DNA of 64,000 nucleotides from Phyllobates terribilis. Its lineage: Eukaryota. The translations under genes and the position numbers were made by a program. Shown piece by piece: positions 37,250-51,220 of this stretch. Each line of letters opens with the position of its first letter. The first letter of the stretch is position 1. Location: the NCBI RefSeq assembly GCF_046119375.1, contig NW_027362767.1:134974001-135038000 (forward strand). The letters run 5' to 3'. The notes below the pieces were generated by a model that saw nothing but the letters and a program-made list of their open reading frames with translations, made no database searches and was not told the origin of the DNA.

Positions 37250-39970
37250 ATGGAGAGAGGGAGGCTCTGCCCCAGACTCACCGGGGGACCCCCAAAACAC
37301 TGCACCCTCCTGTTGGCCCTGTGCCTGTCTGCACTCATCCTGCCGGGGAGAAGCCAGGACCCACGACTGCAGATATCCCAGGAAGAGGTCCCCCTGCAGA
37401 GCAACAGCCTGGTGAGTAGCCCTACACCACTGAGCCCTCTGCAGAGCATCACTCCTTCACCCCATGATAGACAGTGATATATCCTGCAGATTATTACACC
37501 ACTGAGCTCTCTGCAGAGCATTGCTCCTTCACCCCATGATCGTGATATATCCTGAAGATTATTACACCACTGAGCTCTCTGCATAGCATCACTCCTTCAC
37601 CCCATGATAGACAGTGATATATCCTGCAGATTATTACACCACTGAGCTCTCTGCAGAGCATTGCTCCTTCACCCCATGATCGTGATATATCCTGAAGATT
37701 ATTACACCACTGAGCTCTCTGCATAGCATCACTCCTTCACCCCATGATAGACAGTGATATATCCTGCAGATTATCACACCACTGAGCTCTCTGCAGAGCA
37801 TTGCTCCTTCACCCCATGATCGTGATATATCCTGAAGATTTACACCACTGAGCTCTCTGCAGAGCATCACTCCTTCACCCCATGATAGACAGTGATATAT
37901 CCTGCAGATTATCACACCACTGAGCTCTCTGCAGAGCATTGCTCCTTCACCCCATGATCGTGATATATCCTGAAGATTATTACACCACTGAGCTCTCTGC
38001 AGAGCATCGCTCCTTCACCCCATGATAGACAGTGATATATGCTGCAGATTATTACTCCACTGAGCATTCTGCAGAGCATCGCTCTTTCACTCCATGATAG
38101 TGATATATCCTGCAGATTATTACACCACTGAGCTCTCTACAGAACATCGCTCCTCCACCACCTGATAGACACACACATACAGTTGTGCTCAAAAGTTTAC
38201 ATACCCTGACAGAATTTTTCCTTTCTGGGCCTTGTTCCAGAGAATAAGTGATAACAAGAAAACTTTTTCTCCACTCATGGTTATTGGTTGGGTGAAGCCA
38301 TTTATTGTCAAACTACTGTGTTTTCTCTTTTTAAATCTTAATGACAACCAAAAACATCCAAATGACCCTGATCAAAAGTTCACATACCCCAGTTCTTAAT
38401 ACCGTGTATTGCCCCCTCTAACATCAATGACAGCTTGAAGTCTTTTGTGGTAGTTGTGGACAAGGTTCTTTATTTTCTCAGATGGTAAAGCTGCCCATTC
38501 TTCTTGGCAAAAAGCCTCCAGTTCCTGTAAATTCCTGGGCTGTCTAGCATGAACTGTGCTGTAGGTGAGATACTTTGTGGCATTTGCACAGTAATGGCTT
38601 TCTTCTGGCGACTCGGCCATGAAGCCCATTTTTCTTCAAGTGCCTCCTTATTGTGCATCTTGAAACAGCCACACCGCTAGTTTTCAGAGAGTCCTGAATT
38701 TCACCTGATGTTATTTGTGGGTTTTTCTTTGCATCCCAAACAATTTTCCTGGCAGTTGTGGGCAAAATTTTTGTTTGTCTGCCTGACCGTGGTTTGGTTT
38801 TTACAGAGCCCCTGATTTTACATTTGTTAATCACAATTTGAACGCTGCTGACTGGCATTATCAATTCCTTGGATATCTTTGTATCCCTTTCCTGTGTTAT
38901 ACAGCTCAACTACCTTTTCCCGTAGATCCGTTGACAATTCTTTTGCTTTCCTCACAATCCAGAAATGTCAGTGGCGGGATGAAAAATGCAAGAGCCTGTC
39001 TGGATCCCAGAAACTCACTCAGCTTTTATACACACACACTGATTACAAGCAAACAGGTCACAGGTGAGGATGTTAGCTTTAGTAGCCATTCAAACCCATT
39101 TGTGTCAAATTCTGAGCATGTTATCAGGCCAAAATCACCAGGGTATGTGAACCTTTGATCAGGGTCATTTGGTTGTCATTAAGATTTAAAAAGAGAAAAC
39201 ACAGTAGTTTGACAATAAATGGCTTCACCCAACCAATAACCATGAGTGGAGAAAACAAAAAAACTTTATCATTCATATTCCCTGAAACAAGGCCAGGAAA
39301 GGAAAAATTCTGCCGGGGTATGTAAACTTTTGAGTACAACTTGTATATCCTGCAGATTATTACACCACTGACCTCTCTGCAGAACTTCGCTCCTCCACCT
39401 CCTCATAGATACAGGTGCATCTCACTAAGTTAGAATATCATCAAAAATTTAATTTATTTCAGTTCTTCACTTTTTGTATTGAAATACTGAATATTGAAAT
39501 AAATTAACTTTTTGATATTCTAATTTAGTGAGATACACCTGTACATAGTGATATATCCTGCAGATTATTACACCACTGACCTCTCTGCAGAATATCGCTC
39601 CTCCACCTCCTGACAGATACATAGTGATTATATATATTTTGCCAGCACAGGGGTGATGGTTTGCAGGGCCAGTGATTAACCCTCTGTGTCCTGTCCCCCA
39701 GGCGGTGGCTCTCGGAGAACTGCTGGAGTATAACCAGGATCGGGCCATGGCTGTGGAGAAGAAGGCCGTGCAGGTGCCGCGGGTGAGGACTGCGCCAGGA
39801 CCCCACATTGTGTAAGCTTAGGTTTTCTCGCCCAGTGAGCTGACCGTCTATTCTCTGCACAGTGTGACATGGGGGAGCGTTGCGCCATGAAGCACGGACC
39901 CCGGATTGGGAAGCTGTGTGACTGCCTGCGTGGAGCCTCCTGCAACTCCTTCATGCTGCGCTGCTACTAG
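37250..39970 (+). CDS. CART prepropeptide paralog A (cocaine- and amphetamine-regulated transcript-like, 116 aa; resembles the teleost cart4 type)
   Basis: Exons 37250-37411, 39702-39782, 39863-39970 (GT-AG, phase 0). Signal peptide CTLLLALCLSALILPG. Mature end EKKAVQVPR|CDMGERCAMKHGPRIGKLCDCLRGASCNSFMLRCY has the six CART cysteines. AATAAA at 40225-40230. Confidence 0.95.
38180..39343 (-). mobile_element. Internally deleted Tc1 transposon (1164 bp) with TA TSD
   Basis: TA|CAGTTGTGCTCAAAAGTTTACATACCC ... GGGTATGTAAACTTTTGAGTACAACTTG|TA. Minus-strand relics GSVKTKPRSGR..VSRCTIRRHLKKNGLHGRVARRKPLL and NLQELEAFCQEEW..RLQAVIDVRGGNTRY; the DDE core is deleted. Confidence 0.95.
39412..39541. mobile_element. 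130-bp Tc1/mariner-type MITE with TA TSD
   Basis: TA|CAGGTGCATCTCACTAAGTTAGAATATC ... GATATTCTAATTTAGTGAGATACACCTG|TA. Confidence 0.9.
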
Positions 39971-40719
39971 GCTCGGGGCCACACGTCTGCCCATTATACC
40001 TCTCCCTGTAGCCCCCTATATCTCCGTCTCCCCATGTTTTACTGTTCTGCCCGATACATGACCTCATAGAGGGGTCCCCACATCTGTGTCGCCCCTATGG
40101 GCTCTACAGACCCCAATACTCCACGTCTGATTGTGAGGGTCCAGAGGTGTCAGATACCAGAGAACAACAGCCCCCCTCCACCCGCTATCAGCCTGGATGT
40201 GTTTTATATGATGCTTTGTATGATAATAAAAGATTATTACCTCTGCAATCATCTGTGCTGCTGTGACAAATGTGCAGACACACAGGTTTTGTCTAATCTA
40301 TTCACGGGCACTAACTCCTTTTTCAAACAAACTATTAATATTTTCAAACCTGATAAATGAAAACTGGATAGGGAAGGGAAAAGGGAAAAGAAAGGAAAAA
40401 AACTCAAGTAGACTTCCTTCCTTGGTTTAATAGGGAACTACTGCACAGTACTACTCTGTGTCTTCCCGGACTGAGAGTCCGCAGTTCTCTGAGCCGGGTG
40501 TCAAGCTGACAGCCGACTCGGAGAAGCTGCAGCGCGCCGGCTCCCAGTGTTCAATTGTAGTCGCATCCTTCAGACACGAGTACAATTGAAGCTCTGACCG
40601 CCGGGTCAGAGAGTCGCTAGCAGCGTGATCAGGTCATGTGATCACACTGCTGACGTCACTCGCTGGCGCAGCAGACAGAGGCGCCAACGGTGGTAAGTGC
40701 TCTGTGCTCAAGACACTGA

Positions 40720-41720
40720 AGATGGGGGGGGGTATTTACTGCAGGGGGGTATAATTACTGCCTGGGAGTGTATTCTCTGCGAGGGGGTGTATTCACTGCA
40801 AGGGGAGTGTATTCACTGGAGGGGGTGTATAATTACTGCATGGGGGGGATAATTACTGTAGGGGGGTATAATTACTGCAGAGGGGTGTATTTACTGCAGG
40901 AGGTGTTTATTCACTGCAGGGGGCGTATAATTACTGCAGGGGGGTGTATTTACTACAGGAGGGGTATTTACTGCTTGGGGGTGTAGTTACTGCTTGTGTG
41001 TGGGGGGTATTTACTGCGTGTGTGTGAGGAGGTATTTACTGTGGTGGGGGAGATTTAGTGTAACGAGGGGGTAATATGAGGACACAAGTTTGGGGAGCAA
41101 AGAAGGGACAGGTGCAGACACAATATGGGGAGAGGGAGAAATTTGAAGACACAGTATGAGGAGCAAGGGGTGAGATGGGGGGCATTTATGGGGGGATTGG
41201 TGTAGACACAGTATGGTGAGTGGGGGGGATGGGTGGGGACACAGTATGAGGAGTGAGGGGAAAATGTATGTGAACACAATTTGGGGAGCGAGGCTGATGG
41301 GATGAGTGCGGACACAGTATGGGGAGTTGGGGGGATTTGTGAGAAGGCCGTATGGAAAGTGAGAGGCTAAATGTGTGAGAAGACTATTGAGGGGATTAGT
41401 GTGAGGAGACAGTATGGGGGAAGAAAAGTGTGAGTGGGCACAGAATAGAGACTGGGTAGTGTGGGGGATAGCATGGGGGAACAGTGTAAGGTCACAGCCA
41501 GGAGGGGACAGTATGCCAATTAGGGAGAGTGTGGTGAGGGGGCACAGTATAGAGACTGGGCCCTATTGGGGGGATCCAGTGTGAGAGGACAGTGTGAAGA
41601 GAGGCCAAATATAGAAAGGAGAGAGCAGTGTGAAGGGCATGTACCATAAGAGGGACAGTGTGTGGGTCATATTTTCTGCAGGGAATATAGTGAGGGGGGC
41701 AATTATTTATTCAGGGGCTC
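40720..41720. repeat. G-rich degenerate short repeats (TATTTACTGCAGGGGG; GACACAGTATGGGG), probably the interior of a non-autonomous DNA element
   Basis: Visible 15-20-bp degenerate repeats; termini not identified. Confidence 0.55.
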
Positions 41721-42050
41721 AGCGTAGGGCAGATATTTTTATTCAGGAGCATTATAATGACGCTGCTATTTTTAAGGGCATCATGTCGCGATGTGCTGCA
41801 GATGACTGGAGAAGATGGAAGTCTACTGAGACGGCTGTGGATGAGAAAAGTCATCATGGAGTATGGACAAGATGAAGAAGAAAAGAAAGAGAACGGCTCC
41901 AGAGACGTCATCTATCAGGTACCTGGATCTAAATATTTTTTGTGATACTATTTCTCTTGTTTTTAATCATGTTAGAAGCATTAAGGGGGTTGTCCAAGTT
42001 TATGTTGAGCCTGATGTCGTACTATGTGACTGCAGACTCCTGAGTTCTCA

Positions 42051-42414
42051 GGCTGTGTGCCCACTATGCGTTTTTCAAGCATTTTTGATGCAGAATTTCC
42101 GCTGCAGAAACGCTTTAAAAACGCTTCGTAATCCGTGCCCCATTGTCCCCAAGGAAAATCCGCATGTTCTGTGCCCATGCTGCGGAATTTTCCGCTGCGG
42201 ATTTTCTGTGTGGAAAAATCCGCAGCATGTCCATTATTTGTGCATTTCCGCATGCAGATTTGACTACTCAATGCATTTGAAAAACGCAAGTCAAATCTGC
42301 ATGTAAAAACGCTGCAAAAACGCTTACAAAACGCATGTAAAATCCGCAAGCGTTTTTACTGCCAAGGACATGCAGAAACGCTGCAGAAATTTTCTGCATC
42401 GTGGGCACATAGCC
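42051..42414. mobile_element. PIF/Harbinger-like MITE, short form
   Basis: TIR GGCTGTGTGCCCAC / GTGGGCACATAGCC; flanks TCA/TTA; same family as 23328-23715. Confidence 0.85.
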
Positions 42415-43326
42415 TTACAGTGCGCACGATGCAGAAATGCTGCAGATTTTTTCCGCATCTCCCTGGCAGGAAAAACGCATGCGGATTTTACATGCGGATT
42501 TTACATGCGTTTTTCCCGCCAGATAGAAGCGTTTGTCAAGCGTTTTTGCAGCATTTCTGCATGCGGGTTATCAAGCGCTTTTCCAAGCGATTTTAGCATC
42601 ACTTGGAAAGTGCTTGACAACTTGTTCACACTATATAAATCCATGCAACCGGCATGGATTTATAGTAGTGTGACCAAGTTAGTTAAAAAAAAAAAAAGAA
42701 TAAGAAAGGTAAAAAATAAAGCTAATACTCACCTTCCGATGTCCTCCCGGTGTTTTCTCCGCTCCGTCCGGTCTCTTGCATTGCTCGCGGTGGTGTGAAG
42801 GACCTGCGGTGACATCATTCAGTCATGTCTCAGGTCACATGACTCAATGACGTCATGGCAGGTCCTTCACAACACTGCGACCCATACAGCAGACCAGAGG
42901 GAGGGGAGAAAACACCGGGAGGACATCGGAAGGTAAGTATAATCTTTATTTTTTATTTTAAATTATTTTTTTAACATGTTCTATGGTTCGCGGATCTGGA
43001 GGAGAGTCTCATCCTCTCCAAACCCGGGTACCATCCGCAAATAGAAACGCATAATATCCGTGTGTACAAATGTGCTGACACGGATATTATGATTTTCAAT
43101 GCAAGTCAAGGGCGGCAATTACGCAGCGTGTCCGCAAAATTAATGGATATGCTGCGTATTTTTCCGCAATGATAATCCGCAGCGGAAATTTCCGCAGCAT
43201 GTGCACAGCACATGCGGATTATCATTGGGGACCATGGGGCACGTATTACCAAGAATTTTTTAAGCGTTTTCGCTGTGGAAATTCCGCGGCAAAAAAGCTT
43301 GAAAAACGCATAGTGGGCACGCAGCC
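42415..43326 (-). mobile_element. PIF/Harbinger-like non-autonomous element, long form (inverse of 61631-62488)
   Basis: Collinear inverse homology with 61631-62488; right TIR GTGGGCACGCAGCC; left TIR damaged. Confidence 0.8.
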
Positions 43327-43949
43327 TTGGGATTCTCTGGTGCCAAGTGATTTGCATTCATGCAGTCACATGCCGACTAGACATGCGTGGTCTCACTCAG
43401 TGAAAATTAATTGTGCGAGGCCGGAAACGTCTAGTCAGAATGTGCCCAGAAGTATACAATATACAAATTGCATACTTGTGCAAGGGAGCTTCCTAAAAGT
43501 GTGCAGTGCATGCGCTGTGAGAATTCAGAAGCCTGCAGTCACATAGACTGACTACAGACTTTCATCTCAAACCTGGCGAGCCCTTTAATTATAAAATGAA
43601 GCCCTGCAGCATGGCAATCCTAACAGTGTGTAATATCCTCACTGTCAGGATTCAGCTCTGCCTGCAGGTTCCATCAGTCATCACATAGCCACTTCACTCA
43701 TATACGATTTTCATACTTAGTCATGTGACAACGAGCTTCTCTTCTGCTTCTCTCACTTTTTAGGGGGAATTAGGGAGAGCAGCTGGTCGGCACGTGACTA
43801 AGTGTGCAAATCACGTATGTGCTTGGTGGGGGGGGGGCGCCAAACTGGATTCATGTTCATGCCCTGGGTGCCAGAAAGCCTAGATACACCTCGGGTATGC
43901 ATGACTTCTTTCATATGAATTATGCAAAGTAATCTTATCAATAATATCA

Positions 43950-45470
43950 TTAACAACAGGTACTGATTTTTCTTTCCAAAGTGCTGCTACGGCATTCTTG
44001 GTTACTAAAAAGTTGTGAATAATTATTGGTTTTTAGGTTGAATTAACGGATTCTAGATCTAAGGAGCGCAAAGCCATTTTAGGTGTTAGATTTATATTTA
44101 GCTGTGTTAGATTATTAATCAAAATAGATATGTCCTTCCAGAGAGGCCACAATTTAGGACATCCCCAAAACATATGTATTAAATCACCTTTAAGGCCGCA
44201 TCCTCTCCAGCAATCTGAAGATTGACTTGGAAAGGCTTTGGCTATCTTTGCAGGAGTGAAGTACCACCTTGACACTATCTTGAAAAAGGATTCGTGCAGT
44301 GACGCACAAATATTAGATGAGTATGTCGCTTTTAAGGACATCTGCCATTGCTCTAAGGGTAAAGGAACTGTTTAAGTCCTTTTACCAATTCATTAAAAAA
44401 GAGGATTTTTTTCCAATTCTGGAGTCTTGATTTAAAAAGCCATAAATATTCTTTGATTTCCAGTAAAGTTTGTTACTAGGATTACATAACTAAAGGCTGA
44501 TAGTCTCTGTGATTAAAGATCTATTTCTCAGAAGAAATAGCAATGAGTTCTTTATTCGGGCGAGGGAGGTAAATTCTTTTGTGTTGTTAGTTGTTGGTGC
44601 GAGATAACTTCATTACCATCATGAAGATCCTTCATTTTTGGAATGTTCTTGAGTTTCCAGGAGTCAGGTATTTTCTGGTCTGATATCAGTTCAAGAAATT
44701 TTAATAAGTTTGTTAATTTGGTCGTATCTGCTTTTCTCTTTTTTGTTGTTGTCCTGCTAAGTATCTCCATGCCTGTATATAGGTAAGTTGAGTAGGAGGG
44801 GACAGATAGGGGGACAACAAGTGATTCAAAATTAAATTCATTAGTGGGGTGTTGTTCTTTAAGAATTGCTCAATTTCAGCCCAGGCCAGAGGATTTTCGG
44901 TCTTGATCCAATTAAGCGACTAGTTAACTAAGTTAGCATTATAATAATGAATTAAATTGGGAAGAGCTAATCCTCCATTAAGTTTGCCTTTGAGCAAAGT
45001 TTTATTTGCTACTCTTTTTATTCCATATAAAATTAAGAAGAGTTTGAAGTCTTCTCAGAAACTTCAGTGGAATGGCCCTAAAAAGCGTATAATATTTTTG
45101 ATAAGGAAAATAATTTGAAGGTGATAATTCATAACCTGAAAAATAGTTTAGATCAATTTGTATAGATTTAGTGATATTCAGTCTTGAGATGATTCCTGGA
45201 TAGATATATAACTAGATATTGAATGGCATCTTTTTTTCCCATTCAAAAGAAGAACATATTTTAATCTCGTTAATCATAGAGTCGTTAATATTAAAGTCCA
45301 GTATTTTCGATTTGGATATGTTAATTTTATAGTAAGATAATTTCGAAAATTCTTCAATAGTTAAAAGAGTTTCTCTAATGGAAATTAAGGGATTAGAAAG
45401 ACTAAGTATAACGTCGTCCGCAAACAATCCTATCTTATAATGATTTTTATAGCAATATGGATGTACCGGA
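43950..45470 (-). mobile_element. 5'-truncated L1-clade LINE ORF2 remnant
   Basis: RT motif HYKIGLFADDVIL..YKINISKS; C-terminal CWRGCGLKGDLIHMFWGC zinc motif; stops and frameshifts present. Confidence 0.92.
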
Positions 45471-45840
45471 CAATACTGCTAATGAACGTGACAGAAAGTG
45501 TTGTCGTGAGGGGTAGAAGCAGATTTTGTCATCTTATAAACGTTCTCAGTGTGAAGCGCAAATGATGACAAAAGACGGACAGGAGGGGCCGCCGCCAAGA
45601 AAATCACATAGACTGTTATGTAATAATCTAAATGTGGCGTCACCTCAGAGATCACAGATAAGCACAGATTATGTCACATGTTATATAAGGAGATTACCCT
45701 CATCATCCACAGGTACACGACCGCCATAAACACCAACGTCACCGCGAGCATTACTGACAGGAAAACAAACACCGCGTCCTGGGACACTGTGTCTAATCCC
45801 ATCATGTGTGATACTGTCTGCTGAGCCACGTCTAATCCTG

Positions 45841-48800
45841 TACAGGATATACCTACTATAAGACCGCCCCTATGTACAAGAATATAACTACTATAATACT
45901 GCCCCTATGTACAAGAATATAACTACTATAATACAGCCCCCTATGTACAAGAATATAACTACTATAATACTGCCCCTATGTACAAGAATATAACTACTAT
46001 AAGACCGCCCCTATGTACAAGAATATAACTACTATAATACTGCCCCTATGTACAAGAATATAACTACTATAATACTGCCCCCTATGTACAAGAATATAAC
46101 TACTATAATACTGTCCCCTATGTACAAGAATATAGCTACTATAATGCTGCCCCTATGTACAAGAATATAACTACTATAATACTGCCCCTATGTACAAGAA
46201 TATAACTACTATAATACTGCCCCTATGTACAAGAATATAACTACTATAATACTGCCCCCTATGTACAAGAATATAACTACTATAATACTGCCCCTATGTA
46301 CAAGAATATAACTACTATAATACTGCCCCCTATGTACAAGAATATAACTACTATAATACTGCTCCTATGTACAAGAATATAACTACTATAATACTATCCC
46401 TATGTACAAGAATATAACTACTATAATACTGCCCCTATGTACAAGAATATAACTACTATAATACTGCCCCTATGTACAAGAATATAACTACTATAATACT
46501 GCCCCTATGTACAAGAATATAACTACTATAATACTGCTCCTATGTACAAGAATATAACTACTATAATACTGCTCCAATATACAAGAATATAACTACAATA
46601 ATACTGCCCCTATGTACAAGAATATAACTACTATAATACTGCCCCCTATGTACAAGAATATAACTACTATAATACTGCCCCTATGTACAAGAATATAACT
46701 ACTATAATACTGCCCCTATGTACAAGAATATAACTACTATAATACTGCCCCCTATGTACAAGAATATAACTACTATAATACTGCCCCCTATGTACAAGAA
46801 TATAACTACTATAATACTGCCCCTATGTACAAGAATATAACTACTATAATACTGCTCCTATGTACAAGAATATAACTACTATAATACTATCCCTATGTAC
46901 AAGAATATAACTACTATAATACTGCCCCCTATGTACAAGAATATAACTACTATAATACTGCCCCTATGTACAAGAATATAACTACTATAATACTGCTCCT
47001 ATGTACAAGAATATAACTACTATAATACTATCCCTATGTACAAGAATATAACTACTATAATACTGCCCCTATGTACAAGAATATAACTACTATAATACTG
47101 CCCCTATGTACAAGAATATAACTACTATAATACTGCCCCTATGTACAAGAATATAACTACTATAATACTGCTCCAATATACAAGAATATAACTACAATAA
47201 TACTGCCCCTATGTACAAGAATATAACTACTATAATACTGCCCCCTATGTACAAGAATATAACTACTATAATACTGCCCCTATGTACAAGAATATAACTA
47301 CTATAATACTGCCCCTATGTACAAGAATATAACTACTATAATACTGCCCCCTATGTACAAGAATATAACTACTATAATACTGCCCCCTATGTACAAGAAT
47401 ATAACTACTATAATACTGCCCCTATGTACAAGAATATAACTACTATAATACTGCTCCTATGTACAAGAATATAACTACTATAATACTATCCCTATGTACA
47501 AGAATATAACTACTATAATACTGCCCCTATGTACAAGAATATAACTACTATAATACTGCCCCTATGTACAAGAATATAACTACTATAATACTGCCCCTAT
47601 GTACAAGAATATAACTACTATAATACTGCTCCAATATACAAGAATATAACTACAATAATACTGCCCCTATGTACAAGAATATAACTACTATAATACTGCC
47701 CCCTATGTACAAGAATATAACTACTATAATACTGCTCCTATGTACAAGAATATAACTACTATAATACTGCCCCTATGTACAAGAATATAACTACTATAAT
47801 ACTGCTCCAATATACAAGAATATAACTACAATAATACTGCTCCAATATACAAGAATATAACTACAATAATACTGCCCCTATGTACAAGAATATAACTACT
47901 ATAATACTGCCCCCTATGTACAAGAATATAACTATTATAATACTGCTCCTATGTACAAGAATATAACTACTATAATACTGCCCCTATGTACAAGAATATA
48001 ACTACTATAATACTGCTCCCTATGTACAAGAATATAACTACTATAATACTGCTCCCTATGTACAAGAATATAACTACTATAATACTGCCCCTATGTACAA
48101 GAATATAACTACTATAATACTGCCCCTATGTACAAGAATATAACTACTATAATACTGCTCCTATGTACAAGAATATAACTACTATAATACTGCCCCTTAT
48201 GTACAAGAATATAACTACTATAATACTGCCCCTATGTACAAGAATATAACTACTATAATACTGCTCCTATATACAAGAATATAACTACTATAATACTACC
48301 CCTATGTACAAGAATATAACTACTATAATACTGCTCCCTATGTACAAGAATATAACTACTATAATCCTACCCCCTATGTACAAGAATATACCTACTATAA
48401 TACTGCCCCCTATGTACAAGAATATAACTACTATAATCCTACCCCCTATGTACAAGAATATACCTACTATAATACTGCCCCTATGTACAAGAATATAACT
48501 ACTATAATACAGCCCCCTATGTACAAGAATATAACTATTATAATACTACACCTATGTATAAGAATATAACTACTATAATACTGCTCCTATTCACAAGAAT
48601 ATAACTACTATAATACTGCCCCTTATGTACAAGAATATAACTACTATAATACTGCCCCCTATGTACAAGAATATAACTACTATAATACTGCTCCTATGTA
48701 CAAAAATATAACTACTATAATACTATCCTTTATGTACAAGAATATTACTACTATAATACTGCCCCTTATGTACAATAATATAACTACTATAATACTGCCC

Positions 48801-51220
48801 CTTATGTACAAGAATATAACTACTATAATACTGCCCCCTATATACAAGAATATAACTACTATAATACTGCCCCCTATATACAAGAATATAACTACTATAA
48901 TACTGCTCCTATGTACAAGAATATAACTACTATAATACTGCTCCTATGTACAAGAATATAGCTACTATAATACTGCCCCCTATGTACAAGAATATAACTA
49001 CTATAATACTGCCCCTTATGTACAAGACTATAACTACTATAATACTGCCCCCTATGTACAAGAATATAACTACTATAATACTGCTCCTATGTACAAGAAT
49101 ATAACTACTATAATACTATCCCTTATGTACAAGAATATTACTACTATAATACTGACCCTTATGTACAAGAATATAACTACTATAATACTGCCTCTATGTA
49201 CAAGAATATAACTACTATAATACTACCCCCTATGTACAAGAATATAACTACTATAATACTACCCCCTATGTACAAGAATATAACTACTATAATACTGCCC
49301 CTATGTACAAGAATATAACTACTATAATACTGCCCCTATGTACAAGAATATAACTACTATAATACTGCTCCTATGTACAAGAATATAACTACTATAATAC
49401 TACCCCTATGTACAAGAATATAACTACTATAATACTGCTCCCTATGTACAAGAATATAACTACTATAATCCTACCCCCTATGTACAAGAATATACCTACT
49501 ATAATACTGCCCCTATGTACAAGAATATAACTACTATAATACAGCCCCCTATGTACAAGAATATAACTACTATAATACTACACCCTATGTATAAGAATAT
49601 AACTACTATAATACTGCTCCTATTCACAAGAATATAACTACTATAATACTGCCCCTTATGTACAAGAATATAACTACTATAATACTGCCCCCTATGTACA
49701 AGAATATAACTACTATAATACTGCTCCTATGTACAAAAATATAACTACTATAATACTATCCTTTATGTACAAGAATATTACTACTATAATACTGCCCCTT
49801 ATGTACAATAATATAACTACTATAATACTGCCCCTTATGTACAAGAATATAACTACTATAATACTGCCCCCTATATACAAGAATATAACTACTATAATAC
49901 CGCTCCCTATGTACAAGAATATAACTACTATAATACTGCCCCTTATGTACAAGAATATAACTACTATAATACTGCTCCTATGTACAAGAATATAACTACT
50001 ATAATACTGCTCCTATGTACAAGAATATAGCTACTATAATACTGCCCCCTATGTACAAGAATATAACTACTATAATACTGCCCCTTATGTACAAGACTAT
50101 AACTACTATAATACTGCCCCCTATGTACAAGAATATAACTACTATAATACTGCTCCTATGTACAAGAATATAACTACTATAATACTATCCCTTATGTACA
50201 AGAATATTACTACTATAATACTGACCCTTATGTACAAGAATATAACTACTATAATACTGCCTCTATGTACAAGAATATAACTACTATAATACTACCCCCT
50301 ATGTACAAGAATATAACTACTATAATACTACCCCCTATGTACAAGAATATAACTACTATAATACTACCCCCTATGTACAAGAATATAACTACTATAATAC
50401 TGCCCCCTATGTACAAGAATATAACTACTATAATACTGCTCCTATGTACAAGAATATAACTACTATAATACTGCCCCTATGTACAAGAATATAACTACTA
50501 TAATACTGCTCCTATGTACAGGAATATAACTACTATAATACTGCTCCTATGTACAAGAATATAACTACTATAATACTGCTCCTATGTACAAGAATATAAC
50601 TACTATAATACTGCTCCTATGTACAAGAATATAACTACTATAATACTGCCCCCTATGTACAAGAATATAACTACTATAATACTGCCCCCTATGTACAAGA
50701 ATATAACTACTATAATACTGCCCCCTATGTACAAGAATATAACTACTATAATACTGCCCCTATGTACAAGAATATAACTACTATAATACTGCCCCTCTGT
50801 ACAAGAATATAACTACTATAATACTGCCCCCTATGTACAAGAATATAACTACTATAATACTGCCCCCTATGTACAAGAATATAACTACTATAATACTGCC
50901 CCTATGTACAAGAATATAACTACTATAATACTGCTCCTATGTACAAGAATATAACTACTATAATACTGCCCCTATGTACAAGAATATAACTACTATAATA
51001 CTGCCCCCTATGTACAAGAATATAACTACTATAATACTGCCCCCTATGTACAAGAATATAACTACTATAATACTGCCCCCTATGTACAAGAATATAACTA
51101 CTATAATACTGCCCCCTATGTACAAGAATATAACTACTATAATACTGCTCCTATGTACAAGAATATAACTAGTATAATACTGCCCCCTATGCACAAGAAT
51201 ATAACTACTATAATACTGCC
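45841..51220. repeat. 35/36-bp AT-rich minisatellite CCCCTATGTACAAGAATATAACTACTATAATACTG, ~150 copies; degenerate units resume at 53468-53572
   Basis: Direct reading; the MYKNITTIILPP ORFs are its translation. Confidence 0.98.

Larger units (their letters stand above)
37422..39635. repeat. 68/72-bp alternating (140-bp dimer) minisatellite in CART-A intron 1, interrupted by a Tc1 and a MITE
   Basis: Units start at 37500, 37568, 37640, 37708, 37780; array resumes at 39344 and 39542. Confidence 0.93.
41985..43584. mobile_element. T2-family MITE (TTAA TSD) carrying two nested Harbinger-like elements
   Basis: TTAA|GGGGGTTGTCC at 41981 and GGCGAGCCCT|TTAA at 43575-43588; CTATGTGACTGCAG / CTGCAGTCACATAG subterminal inverted pair. 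Confidence 0.65.

Noticed and set aside
40720-41720. G-quadruplex regulatory element
   Set aside because: G-runs are plentiful but belong to degenerate repeat filler; no evidence beyond composition.
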